NCBI GenBank assembly: GCA_046540795.1 | Contig: JBKHEN010000003.1 | Coordinates: 1-40,575 of the forward strand | Source: Spirochaetaceae bacterium | Lineage (GTDB): Bacteria; Spirochaetota; Spirochaetia; DSM-27196; PWMO01 | Length of the DNA: 40,575 nucleotides | Direction: 5' to 3' | Part shown: piece by piece, positions 8,320 to 17,034 of the stretch | How the letters are laid out: each line of letters opens with the position of its first letter | Numbering within the stretch: the stretch's first letter is position 1 | Notes under the pieces: generated by a model | The model's database searches: none | Told to the model about the DNA's origin: nothing | The model's input: only the letters and a program-made list of their open reading frames with translations | Program-made: the position numbers and the translations under genes

Positions 8320-10628
8320 GCCGAGGCGAACGTCGTTCGGTACTCACCCGGGGTAGTCCCCACGTGTTGGCGGAAGATCCGGATGAAGTATACGCTGTTT
8401 GCGTAGCCGACGGTCCGGGCAATATCCTTGACGGCCATGTTCGTCGTTTTCAACAGCTCCGCAGCATGCTCCACCCGCTTGCGGGTAAGGTACTCCACAA
8501 ACCGCACACCGGTCTGCTCGCGAAAGACACGCCCGAGGTAACTTGCGTTCACCCCGAGCCAATCGGCGAACTCCGACAGGTTCGAGGCAAGCTGTCGCGG
8601 ATCCTCGAGTTGGTCGATGAGTATGGCCACATTGGCGTTGGTGCGTCCGCCGTAGGCCTCCGAGAGGGCGTGGGCTGCTCGCCCGACCACGTTGCGATAC
8701 CATGCGGTGATCTCATCCACATCCTTCAGTCGTGTGAGGCGATGGTATTCGCTGAACCCGTGCGGGAATACCGTCTCCCAGGGAACTCCCGCTTCCTCGG
8801 CGGTTTCGATCAGTGCGTTGAGCAGGCGGAAGAAGATTTTCTCGACCTCATAAAACGGCACCCGCCGATTTCGAAGCAAGTTCGTGAGCATCGACTCGAA
8901 CACCTCCTGCGCCTGCTCCGGCTCACCGAGTCGGATGTGCCCGCAAAGCTGCTCCTCCATTTCCTTCGGATAGCCCGGTACGACAACCGTGGCCTCGTGC
9001 ACCTCACGTGCCGAGACGGTATGCGCCGCCGACGTGGCACGGGCGTAGTAGGCGGCGACCCGCGCTTCGTCGAGAGCGTCGGGGACCTCGGGAAGCCGGT
9101 CCACCGCCGCACTTATCCCCACGGATACCTGCAGCTCCGTCAGGACGGATTCGTCGAGCTCCGGGCCCCACCCTGATGCTACCGCAAGCACCTCGCCGCG
9201 GCGGCCGGCAACGAGAAGCACGGGGGTGGCCCCGTCGAAAGCCCGGCGCACCTGCGCTTCGTCGACCGCCTGCTGCGAGCCGACCACCACCAGCACGACC
9301 ATCGGCAACGACATGCGCGGACAGTGGGCCGCGACACACATCTCGGATAGCCGCTCTTCGTCTTCGATGCGACCGGTCAACAGGTCCCAGGCGATCGCGT
9401 CCTCCCGCGCCTGCAATTGTCCCTGAAGCTCCCGCTCCAGCTCGGCCTCCCGGCTCTGCAGGGTACGGAAGCAGTTCTGCACCACGATAAACTCGTCGTC
9501 CGTGGGTTCGGGCTGCCCGTCGTCGGTGGAAATGCGTAGGTTGCCCACCCTTCGCGCTTCCCCCAGGATGGCCCGCACCGGTGCATAGAGCTTGTTCCCG
9601 GAGACGAGGATGAGCACCGCTGCCACTACCGCGGCAACGGCTGCCGCGGTGAGGATCACGTTCCGCAGGACATCGAGCCCGTCGTAGATGCCCCGCCCGT
9701 CGGTCAACGTAACAAACCGCCACCCCAGCCGGCCGGACTCTTTCCAGGTGAGGATCCAGGAGTTCTCCTCGGTGGTGTAGGTGCCGCTCGGTGCCGAGGC
9801 GAACAGCGATTCCATGCGGCTCTGCAGGCGGGTGACCGAATCGCTGCGGGGGTCATAGATCAGAGGGTTTCCCGCAGCGTCAACCACGAGCAACTCTACG
9901 ATGTCGTCACTGTCGGGAAAGGTCATAACCGAGTCGTACAACCGCCGCAGGTCGATTTCGACGATGACGCCCGTGTTTCCTCTCCCGGTCATTTGCACGT
10001 AGGGTAGGATAGCCGGTGTGTTCCGCCATGCCCCCGTCTCGGTCCCCGAGGACTGCGCCCCCGTCGCGGTGGCGTGGGACTCCGAAATCGCTCGTTCGTC
10101 ATGGACGGATTCCCACCTGCCCCGGGGTACGTTCTCCCCGGCGTCCAGCAGGCGGGGAACATAGCTGTCCTCGAGTGCATCGAGCGAACGCTGGCTCCAG
10201 TCTCCGGAAAGCAGCAGGTCCTTCTGCCGGTCGAAGAAGTATACCGAGCGGACGTAAGGATTGGAGATGCGCAGTGTATCGAGGACTTGAAACGCCTTTA
10301 CCAAAGCCTCGCGGTAGCGTGTGATATCGCTCGTGTTGACGGGGAGACGATTGCGAATGGCTTGCTCGATTCGCGCTCCCTCGGAAAACTGTATCAAGTC
10401 GAGGAAATCACCCCGCAAGATTGCCTGCTGAACACTCGATTCGATGGTATCGACGACGAGCTCTACAGTACGAGAGGTCTGCCGAATATGCCGCTGTGCG
10501 GCCCGCTCACGTTCGCCGCTCATTGCCTCTTCGGATTCACGGAACAGAATGGCCGCAAGTATCAGGATGGGGAGGATGGAACAGAGCGCCAGAAGCGCCG
10601 TCAGTCGGACCGAGTATCTGACCCGCAT
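8286..10628 (-). CDS. Membrane-anchored AraC-family regulator (TM, Cache-like sensor, TM, HAMP-like region, AraC HTH)
   Basis: Two TM segments flank an extracytoplasmic domain. C-terminal AraC double HTH (SYLGRVFREQTG...VGYANSVYFIRIFRQHVGTTPGEYR). The 3' end overlaps the GH3 gene by 34 bp. Confidence 0.88.
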   Translation of the reverse strand: MRVRYSVRLTALLALCSILPILILAAILFRESEEAMSGERERAAQRHIRQTSRTVELVVDTIESSVQQAILRGDFLDLIQFSEGARIEQAIRNRLPVNTSDITRYREALVKAFQVLDTLRISNPYVRSVYFFDRQKDLLLSGDWSQRSLDALEDSYVPRLLDAGENVPRGRWESVHDERAISESHATATGAQSSGTETGAWRNTPAILPYVQMTGRGNTGVIVEIDLRRLYDSVMTFPDSDDIVELLVVDAAGNPLIYDPRSDSVTRLQSRMESLFASAPSGTYTTEENSWILTWKESGRLGWRFVTLTDGRGIYDGLDVLRNVILTAAAVAAVVAAVLILVSGNKLYAPVRAILGEARRVGNLRISTDDGQPEPTDDEFIVVQNCFRTLQSREAELERELQGQLQAREDAIAWDLLTGRIEDEERLSEMCVAAHCPRMSLPMVVLVVVGSQQAVDEAQVRRAFDGATPVLLVAGRRGEVLAVASGWGPELDESVLTELQVSVGISAAVDRLPEVPDALDEARVAAYYARATSAAHTVSAREVHEATVVVPGYPKEMEEQLCGHIRLGEPEQAQEVFESMLTNLLRNRRVPFYEVEKIFFRLLNALIETAEEAGVPWETVFPHGFSEYHRLTRLKDVDEITAWYRNVVGRAAHALSEAYGGRTNANVAILIDQLEDPRQLASNLSEFADWLGVNASYLGRVFREQTGVRFVEYLTRKRVEHAAELLKTTNMAVKDIARTVGYANSVYFIRIFRQHVGTTPGEYRTTFASAHASRSTLSEK

Positions 10629-10712
10629 GCCGAGGCTATTGTACGTCCACCGGCCGACCGTGGGCAATCCCGCACCTCGGGAGGGCGGACACGTCCCGGT
10701 TCGGCGGTAGCG

Positions 10713-10888
10713 GTGCGGAATGTGTCAACAAGATTGTTGCACTGCCCTGCTCAATTGCCGCTGCCGAAAGGCCTTGCCCACAGACGGCCGGCGCCGACGG
10801 TCTTGGCTCGGTGTTCGTAGTGGAAGTGCCTGCGTTGCCGCGGATTAGGTTCGGGGGCTGCAACAATCTTCTTGATACTCCCGGCGGC
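10713..10888 (+). ncRNA. Rod-like structured intergenic element; candidate 6S-like RNA or degenerate MITE (ends approximate)
   Basis: 16/17 inverted repeat at 10725-10741 / 10859-10875, plus nested inner stems with several G.U pairs on the + strand. Confidence 0.35.
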
Positions 10889-10919
10889 GCGGTTTCTGCC
10901 AGCCCCACGGTTCGGTCCA

Positions 10920-11513
10920 CTAGCCGAACGATTCCACGTAGTCCCGGATACCGGTCAGGAGCATCTGTACCGATAACGTGGCAAGAATCATCCCCATCAG
11001 CCGCTCCATGGCAATGAGAAACCGCTGTCCCAGGCGCCGGCGGAGGATCTCCGCAAAAAGGAGCACCACGAGGGCCGCCACCGATGCGATGACAAGAGCC
11101 AGGAACCACATTCCCATGCGCCCCGGCGCCTGGTTGGAGAAAAGGATCACCGTAGCCATCGCGGAGGGCCCCGCAATGAGCGGAATTGCCAGCGGTACCA
11201 CCAGAGGCTCACCGACGGTGACCTCGGCGCCGCCGTCGCGACCCCAGGGGAAGATCATCCGCACGGCAATCAGGAACAGCACCACGCCCCCGGCGATGCC
11301 GAGGGCGGGCTCGGTGATGTGCAGGGCGCTCAGGATATACTTCCCGAAGAATAAGAACAGCGCAAGCACCACGAAGGCAATGAGCATCTCCCGCAGGATG
11401 ATGGGCTTGCGCCTGCGCTCCTCCACCTGTCTGAGCACCGAGAGGTAGATCGGGATGCTGCCTATGGGATCCATCACGAGAAACAGCGTCACCGTTGCAG
11501 CCAATAAGCTCAC
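10920..11513 (-). CDS. MarC family inner membrane protein
   Basis: LFLVMDPIG, VPLAIPLIAGPSA and ERLMGMIL motifs; SD AAGGAGG upstream of the GTG start. Confidence 0.92.
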   Translation of the reverse strand: MSLLAATVTLFLVMDPIGSIPIYLSVLRQVEERRRKPIILREMLIAFVVLALFLFFGKYILSALHITEPALGIAGGVVLFLIAVRMIFPWGRDGGAEVTVGEPLVVPLAIPLIAGPSAMATVILFSNQAPGRMGMWFLALVIASVAALVVLLFAEILRRRLGQRFLIAMERLMGMILATLSVQMLLTGIRDYVESFG

Positions 11514-11542
11514 GGGGCCCTCCTTCGTGTTCGTGGGGCGCG

Positions 11543-12814
11543 CTAGGGACGCGTGCGCTTGCGGTCCCGGGGAAACAGCGCCGCCTGCTTCACGTTCTCG
11601 AGCCCGAGGATCTTCTGCGTAAGCCGCTCCAGACCGATGGCGAACCCGCCGTGGGGCGGGCAGCCGTACTTGAAGATCTCCAGGTAGTCGGCCATGCCCT
11701 CCTCGGTCAGCTTGAACTTGGGCAGGGTCTCGCGAAGCATATCGTAGTCATGGATCCGAAGTCCGCCCGTGGTTATCTCCAGGCCCCGGAACAGGAGGTC
11801 GAAGCTCTTCGTCTTCTGCCCGTCGGGATAGGTGTAGAACGGGCGCTTTCGCCGCGGAAAGCCGTAGACGAATACCGCCTCCACGCCGTGTTCCTCGGCG
11901 GCCCAGTCGCAGAGCACCCGCTCGCCCTCGGGATTTATCTCGAAGGCGCGCGTTCCGGTGCGCTCCTTGATGAGCGCCTTCGCCTCGTCGTGGGATATCC
12001 GGGGGGTTGCAGAGAGCGCCTCGGCGGTGGGAAGGCTCCGGCCGTATTCCTCGAGGACATCGGGATGCGTCGCGGAGACCGCCTCGAAGACGGCACCGAG
12101 GATCCGCAGCTCCAGATCCATGAGCTCCGACTCACTCTCGATGAAGCCCATCTCCACGTCGAGGGAAACATACTCGTTGAGGTGGCGCGGCGTGTCGTGC
12201 TTCTCGGCCCGATAGGCGGTGCCGATCTCGAAAACCCGCTCCATACCCGAGGCGACCATCGCCTGCTTGTAGAATTGCGGCGATTGGGCCAGATACACGC
12301 TGTCCTCGAAGTACTGTACCTCGAAGAGGCCGGTCCCACCTTCGGTGCCGGTGCCGATGAGCTTGGAGGATTTGATCTCGGTGAAGCCCTCTCCACGCAT
12401 GACCTCGCCGAAGGCTCGGAGTATCTCCGACTGCACATGGAAAATGCTGCGCACCTTGGGATTGCGAAGCGCCACAAGGCGATGGTCGAGCAACGTCTCG
12501 AGGCCTACCTCGTCGAGGTTGCCGTTTACCGAAAGCGGCAGCTCCGGTTGGGCGGCGGCAAGCAGCTGTGTACGCTCGGCGCGCACCTCGAAGCCGCCGG
12601 GGGCCTTTTCGTTCGCCGCGCAGGTCCCGGTGACCCGGATCACCGACTCCAGCGTCTGCTCGACCTTGCCTTCGTAGACCAACTGCACGATGCCGCTTCG
12701 GTCGCGCAAGAGCACGAATGAGACCGAGCCGAGCTCCCGGATCCGATGAACCCACCCGGCAACCGTAATCGTCGCCCCCTCATGCGAAGCCACCTCCCGT
12801 GCGAGCACTCTCAT
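11543..12814 (-). CDS. aspS: Archaeal-type non-discriminating aspartyl-tRNA(Asp/Asn) synthetase
   Basis: 423 aa with no bacterial GAD insertion; OB fold GWVHRIRELG and EKAPGG; LAQSPQFYKQ; motif 2 YRAEKHDTPRHLNEY; motif 3 PPHGGFAIGLERL; ATGA overlap with the gatB stop. Confidence 0.92.
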   Translation of the reverse strand: MRVLAREVASHEGATITVAGWVHRIRELGSVSFVLLRDRSGIVQLVYEGKVEQTLESVIRVTGTCAANEKAPGGFEVRAERTQLLAAAQPELPLSVNGNLDEVGLETLLDHRLVALRNPKVRSIFHVQSEILRAFGEVMRGEGFTEIKSSKLIGTGTEGGTGLFEVQYFEDSVYLAQSPQFYKQAMVASGMERVFEIGTAYRAEKHDTPRHLNEYVSLDVEMGFIESESELMDLELRILGAVFEAVSATHPDVLEEYGRSLPTAEALSATPRISHDEAKALIKERTGTRAFEINPEGERVLCDWAAEEHGVEAVFVYGFPRRKRPFYTYPDGQKTKSFDLLFRGLEITTGGLRIHDYDMLRETLPKFKLTEEGMADYLEIFKYGCPPHGGFAIGLERLTQKILGLENVKQAALFPRDRKRTRP

Positions 12815-15237
12815 ACCTCTTCCTCCATTCGACGCAACACCTGCTCTTCCGTATCGGCGGTCACGAGCGCCGCCACCAACCGCGTGAAGGCCGACTCGGT
12901 GGTGAGCGTTCCCATGGGAATCGCCCCTTCCTTCCACAGCTCGTGGCTCGTGACGTACTCGGAGAAATCCACCACTCCTTCCTGCTGCGAGGTGCAGAAG
13001 AACCTCACCCCGTGCTCCTGGCCGTGACGGAACGCCCGTTTCAGCGAGTAGGGGGTCTCCCGGAGGCTCGCCGTCCCCGTGTCGTAGAGCTCCAGGATAA
13101 AGTAGCGAATCCCCGCGTTTATGAGAGCCACCAGGCTGTCCCCCTGCATGCCCGGGAACACCTTCGCCACGTACACGCTGCGAATGGCGCGCTCGAAACG
13201 CTCGGTAAGCTCCGCCACGGAGAGCTCCGTGAGGGCGTCGGCGGCCACCGGCCGTCCCCTGAACACCGGCTCTTCGAGATTCCAGTTACGAAAGCGCCCG
13301 AGGCCGGCGATGTCGGTGAACCGCTCGAACTTCAGGTTCACCGGCGAGTAATCGGTTTGGTCGAAGACGACGTGAACCCCCGGATCGTTTCCGGCGGCCT
13401 TGGCAACCGCCGCCTTGAGATTCCCGACCGCCTCGGAGTCCTCCTCAAGCCGGGCTTCCGCCCCCTCCCAGGGCACCGCCGCAGCGGTCAGCACGATGGG
13501 AACCCGGGCGTCGGCAAAGAACCAGTACAACAGGGAGGCGGTGTAGGCAAGGGTGTCCGTGCCGTGAGCGATGACGATGCCCGAGGCGTTTCCCTCGGCA
13601 AGGCGCCCGGCGACGCCGGCGATCAGGGCCGCCCAGTCGGCGGGAGTGATCTCCTCGCTCAAAAATGTCCCGAGCTGCACCTCCTCGAAGCGCAGGTTAT
13701 CCGGGAGGCCAGGGTCGGCGCTGACGATGCTTTCCACGTCGCCGAGCTCGCCGGGGACGATCAACCCGTCCTCCCGGCGCCCGCTGATGGCCCCACCGAA
13801 GGACAGGACATAGATGAAGCTCAGCGCCAGGCGATCGCGAAGCAGCGCATTCACCAGCTGCGGCTCCGCGCGGCCGTTGGTGGCCTTCATCACCTGCCCC
13901 ACGAGGAACCCGAGAGGCTTCGCGTCCCCCGCGCGGATCTGCTCTACCGCCCGCGGGTGCGCGGCGGCCACCTCGTCGACGTAGCCCGAGAGCACGGCGG
14001 AATCCGTTATCTGCTCCCAGCCGTTTTCGGAGATGATGGTCTGCGGATCACGATCGTCCCGAAAGACCGTCCGCAGAGTCTGTTTGGCGATTTTGCCGTG
14101 TATTCGATGCTCGGCAAGGAGCACGAGAAGCGAGGCAAAGCGCTCCGGGGTAAGCGGACTGCCAACAAGGGTGAGCCCTTCCCGATTCAGCTCCTTCTGC
14201 ACGTCACCGGCCAGCCAGGTCGCTGCGGTTCCGGGATCCGCGCCGAGCTTCACGCTCTCCTCGAAGAAATCCGCCACCGGACGTTCCTCGCAGATGAACG
14301 CCGCCTGCGAGGGTGAGAGGTGATACTCCGTCGCCAACCGCTCGCGTCGCGCCACCGGCAACTCAACGAGCCCCTCCTCCACCCGGGAGAGGAACTCCGC
14401 GTCCGCGTGAAACGGCGGCAGATCGGGCTCGGGGAAATACCGGTAGTCGTTCGCGCTCTCCTTGACCCGCATGGTCTCGGTGACGTCCCGGTTTTCGTTC
14501 CACAGTCGGGTTTCCTGCAGGATGTGGCCGTTTCGGTCGAGGATATCCTCCTGCCGGGCGATTTCGTAGGAGAGCGCACGGCGGACGAAACGCGGAGAGT
14601 TCATGTTCTTGATCTCCACCTTCTCGCCGAGCCCCGCACCGCGACGATTGATGCTGACATTGGCGTCGCAGCGCAGCGAGCCCTCCTCCATGTTGCCGTC
14701 GCATACGCCGAGGTAGCGCACGATGCGGCGGAGCTCGTGCAGAAGCACCTCCGCCTCCTCGCCGATCTCCATATCGGGCTCGGTTACGATCTCCAGTAGC
14801 GGCGTGCCCGCACGGTTATAATCAACGAGGGAGATGTCGCCGGCGTGTACCATCTTTCCGGCGTCCTCCTCGAGGTGAACCTCGTGGATGCGCACCCGCT
14901 TCTTCTTGCGGTGAAACTGCAACTCGAGGTGCCCGTTGCGCCCGATGGGACGGCGGTACTGGCTGATCTGGTAGTTCTTGGGCAGATCCGGATAGAAGTA
15001 GTTCTTCCGGTCGAACATCGCCTGCGGGGCGAGATCGCAATTGAGCGCCCGGGCGACAAGGTACCCCATCCGAACGGCTTCCGCGTTGAGCGCGGGCAGG
15101 GTGCCGGGATAGCCCAGGCACACGGGACAGACATTGGTGTTCGGCTCCTCACCGAAGCCGGTGCGGCAGGAGCAGAAGACCTTCGTCGCGGTAAGCAGCT
15201 GTACGTGGATTTCCAGACCGATGAACGACTGATACAT
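12811..15237 (-). CDS. gatB: Asp/Glu-tRNA amidotransferase subunit B fused to a C-terminal asparaginase/GatD-like domain
   Basis: GatB motifs (IGLEIHVQL, RKNYFYPDLPKNYQISQ, HLEEDAGK, RCDANVS, DYRYFPEPDLP, Yqey-like tail GFLVGQVMK) run to ~13830. About 335 aa then follow in frame with SFGGAIS, AHGTDTLAYTAS, PIVLT, KVFPG and CTSQ. Alternative GTG start at 15246. Confidence 0.93.
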   Translation of the reverse strand: MYQSFIGLEIHVQLLTATKVFCSCRTGFGEEPNTNVCPVCLGYPGTLPALNAEAVRMGYLVARALNCDLAPQAMFDRKNYFYPDLPKNYQISQYRRPIGRNGHLELQFHRKKKRVRIHEVHLEEDAGKMVHAGDISLVDYNRAGTPLLEIVTEPDMEIGEEAEVLLHELRRIVRYLGVCDGNMEEGSLRCDANVSINRRGAGLGEKVEIKNMNSPRFVRRALSYEIARQEDILDRNGHILQETRLWNENRDVTETMRVKESANDYRYFPEPDLPPFHADAEFLSRVEEGLVELPVARRERLATEYHLSPSQAAFICEERPVADFFEESVKLGADPGTAATWLAGDVQKELNREGLTLVGSPLTPERFASLLVLLAEHRIHGKIAKQTLRTVFRDDRDPQTIISENGWEQITDSAVLSGYVDEVAAAHPRAVEQIRAGDAKPLGFLVGQVMKATNGRAEPQLVNALLRDRLALSFIYVLSFGGAISGRREDGLIVPGELGDVESIVSADPGLPDNLRFEEVQLGTFLSEEITPADWAALIAGVAGRLAEGNASGIVIAHGTDTLAYTASLLYWFFADARVPIVLTAAAVPWEGAEARLEEDSEAVGNLKAAVAKAAGNDPGVHVVFDQTDYSPVNLKFERFTDIAGLGRFRNWNLEEPVFRGRPVAADALTELSVAELTERFERAIRSVYVAKVFPGMQGDSLVALINAGIRYFILELYDTGTASLRETPYSLKRAFRHGQEHGVRFFCTSQQEGVVDFSEYVTSHELWKEGAIPMGTLTTESAFTRLVAALVTADTEEQVLRRMEEEV

Positions 15238-15242
15238 GTGAA

Positions 15243-16676
15243 TCACGCCCCTCTCTGCGGAAACGGAACATATCCCTCCGGTCGGGCCGGCGGGTGTACG
15301 GCCTCGAGCGCTGAAGCGGCCCGAAAGAGCCGCTCCTCACCGAAGGCGGGCGCCATGAGTTGAACCGCCGTGGGCAGCCCCGCGACAACGCCGGTCGGCA
15401 CCGAGATCGCCGGGACACCCGCGAGGTTGGCCGTGGCGGTGAACTGGTCGGCGAGCTTCTGCTGGAAGGGGTCCATGGCACCTTCACCCCGGGGAAAGGG
15501 TTGCACCGGAAAGACCGGGCTCATGATAAGGTCGACTTCCTCGAACACGCGGGCAAGGTCACGGCGAATGGCGGTACGAATCCTCTGTGCCCGCACGTAA
15601 TACTCGTCCTGAAACCCCGAGCGAAGCACGTACGTTCCCGCAAGGATCCGCAGCTTCACCTCCCGACCGAACCCCTCTTCCCGGCTGCGGCGAACGAGCT
15701 CCTCGGGGTTCTCCGCCTCCTCCGTCCGACGGCCATAGCGCACCCCGTTGAACCGCGCCAGGTTCGCGCTCGCCTCGGCGGTGGCAATGGTGTAGTAGAC
15801 CGGCACCACGTACTCGAAGGTGGGAAGCTCGACTTCCACCACCTCATAGCCCAGCGCCGCGTAGCGCTCTCGCGCCTCCGCGAGAGCCCGTGCCGGCACC
15901 GGATCGGCCTGCCCCGGCGGAAGGACGCCGATGCGGCCCCTCGGGGCGGTTCCGCCGGCGCCTTCCTCCGCGCCGCCTTCCTCCGCGCCGCCGCCCGCGG
16001 CTTCGGGGTACGCCACCGACGACTGATCCCGGGGATCGAGTGCGCGCATCGCGGCAAAGACCTCTCGGCACAGCCCGGCCCTCTCGGCAATCACGCCGAT
16101 CGTCTCGAGGGAGGAGGCATAGGCGACCAGGCCGTAGCGCGAGACGGACCCGTAGGTCGGTTTGAAGCCGAACACGCCGCAGAATGCCGCAGGCTGCCGC
16201 ACCGATCCGCCGGTGTCAGAGCCCAGGGCAAAGGGCACCAGACCTGCGGCCACCGCGGCCGCCGAGCCGCCGCTCGACCCGCCGGGCACCCGCGCGTGGT
16301 CCCAGGGGTTTGCGGTGCGCCCGAGCGCGGAGTTCTCCGTAGAGGAACCCATGCCGAACTCGTCCAGGTTGGTCTTTCCAACCACCACGGCGCCTGCTTC
16401 TTGCAGCCGTTCCACGGCGGTTGCGGTGTAGGGGCTCTCGAGCTCTGCGAGCATCCGCGAACCGCAGGTAAGGGGAAAGCCGGCCGCCGCGATGTTATCC
16501 TTCACTGCAAAAGGCAGGCCTGCCAGGGGACCGTTCCCCCCGGCACGCTTTCTCAATCCCGCCGGATCGAAGGAGAGAAAAGCGCCGAGCTCCTCGTCCA
16601 CCTCATGGACGAACCGCTCATAGGCATCTATTCCGTCGGTGCCGGCTACACTGTTCTTCCAGGCTTCATTATTCAT
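15243..16676 (-). CDS. gatA: Asp/Glu-tRNA amidotransferase subunit A
   Basis: Amidase signature: VKDNI (Lys), GKTNLDEFGMGSS, GGSSGGSAAAV, GSDTGGSVRQPA, ARFNGVRYG. Confidence 0.95.
   Translation of the reverse strand: MNNEAWKNSVAGTDGIDAYERFVHEVDEELGAFLSFDPAGLRKRAGGNGPLAGLPFAVKDNIAAAGFPLTCGSRMLAELESPYTATAVERLQEAGAVVVGKTNLDEFGMGSSTENSALGRTANPWDHARVPGGSSGGSAAAVAAGLVPFALGSDTGGSVRQPAAFCGVFGFKPTYGSVSRYGLVAYASSLETIGVIAERAGLCREVFAAMRALDPRDQSSVAYPEAAGGGAEEGGAEEGAGGTAPRGRIGVLPPGQADPVPARALAEARERYAALGYEVVEVELPTFEYVVPVYYTIATAEASANLARFNGVRYGRRTEEAENPEELVRRSREEGFGREVKLRILAGTYVLRSGFQDEYYVRAQRIRTAIRRDLARVFEEVDLIMSPVFPVQPFPRGEGAMDPFQQKLADQFTATANLAGVPAISVPTGVVAGLPTAVQLMAPAFGEERLFRAASALEAVHPPARPEGYVPFPQRGA
15961..15990. 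repeat. Perfect 15-bp in-frame tandem duplication within gatA
   Basis: CCTTCCTCCGCGCCG x2, encoding the GAEEG-GAEEG low-complexity loop. Confidence 0.9.
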
Positions 16677-16746
16677 GAGAATGCTCCGAGGGGCCTCTAC
16701 AGACCGCCTTCGCGTCCGAATGACCGGGGAAGCGGCCGGAGCCCGA

Positions 16747-17025
16747 CTACAGTACGTTCGGTATGAGGATGAAGCGGTCCTCCACTTCGGGAGCCGCATC
16801 GAGGAGGGCCTCAGGGTCCACCGCGTCGCTCGGCTCATCGGGACGCACGCGATTGTGCTCGAGGTGCACGTGGGTGGTCGGTTCGAGATCGGTCACGTCG
16901 ACCGACTGCATGAGGGAGAAGTATTCCAGGATGCGTGAGACCTCTGCCCCGAGGGAGGTGCGCTCGTCCTCTCCGAGCTCGAGCCGGGCGAGGTCCGCCG
17001 TGACCTCGAGTTCTCGTGTGTCCAT
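16747..17025 (-). CDS. gatC: Asp/Glu-tRNA amidotransferase subunit C
   Basis: 92 aa: ADLARLEL...ILEYFSLMQSVDV..EPT..RPDE..AP...FILIPNVL; directly upstream of gatA. Confidence 0.93.
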   Translation of the reverse strand: MDTRELEVTADLARLELGEDERTSLGAEVSRILEYFSLMQSVDVTDLEPTTHVHLEHNRVRPDEPSDAVDPEALLDAAPEVEDRFILIPNVL

Positions 17026-17034
17026 GATGCGCCG

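Noticed and set aside
10760-10775. GCC-GAAA-GGC tetraloop as part of a c-di-GMP-I riboswitch
   Set aside because: The remaining GEMM consensus is missing and no gene lies downstream on that strand.
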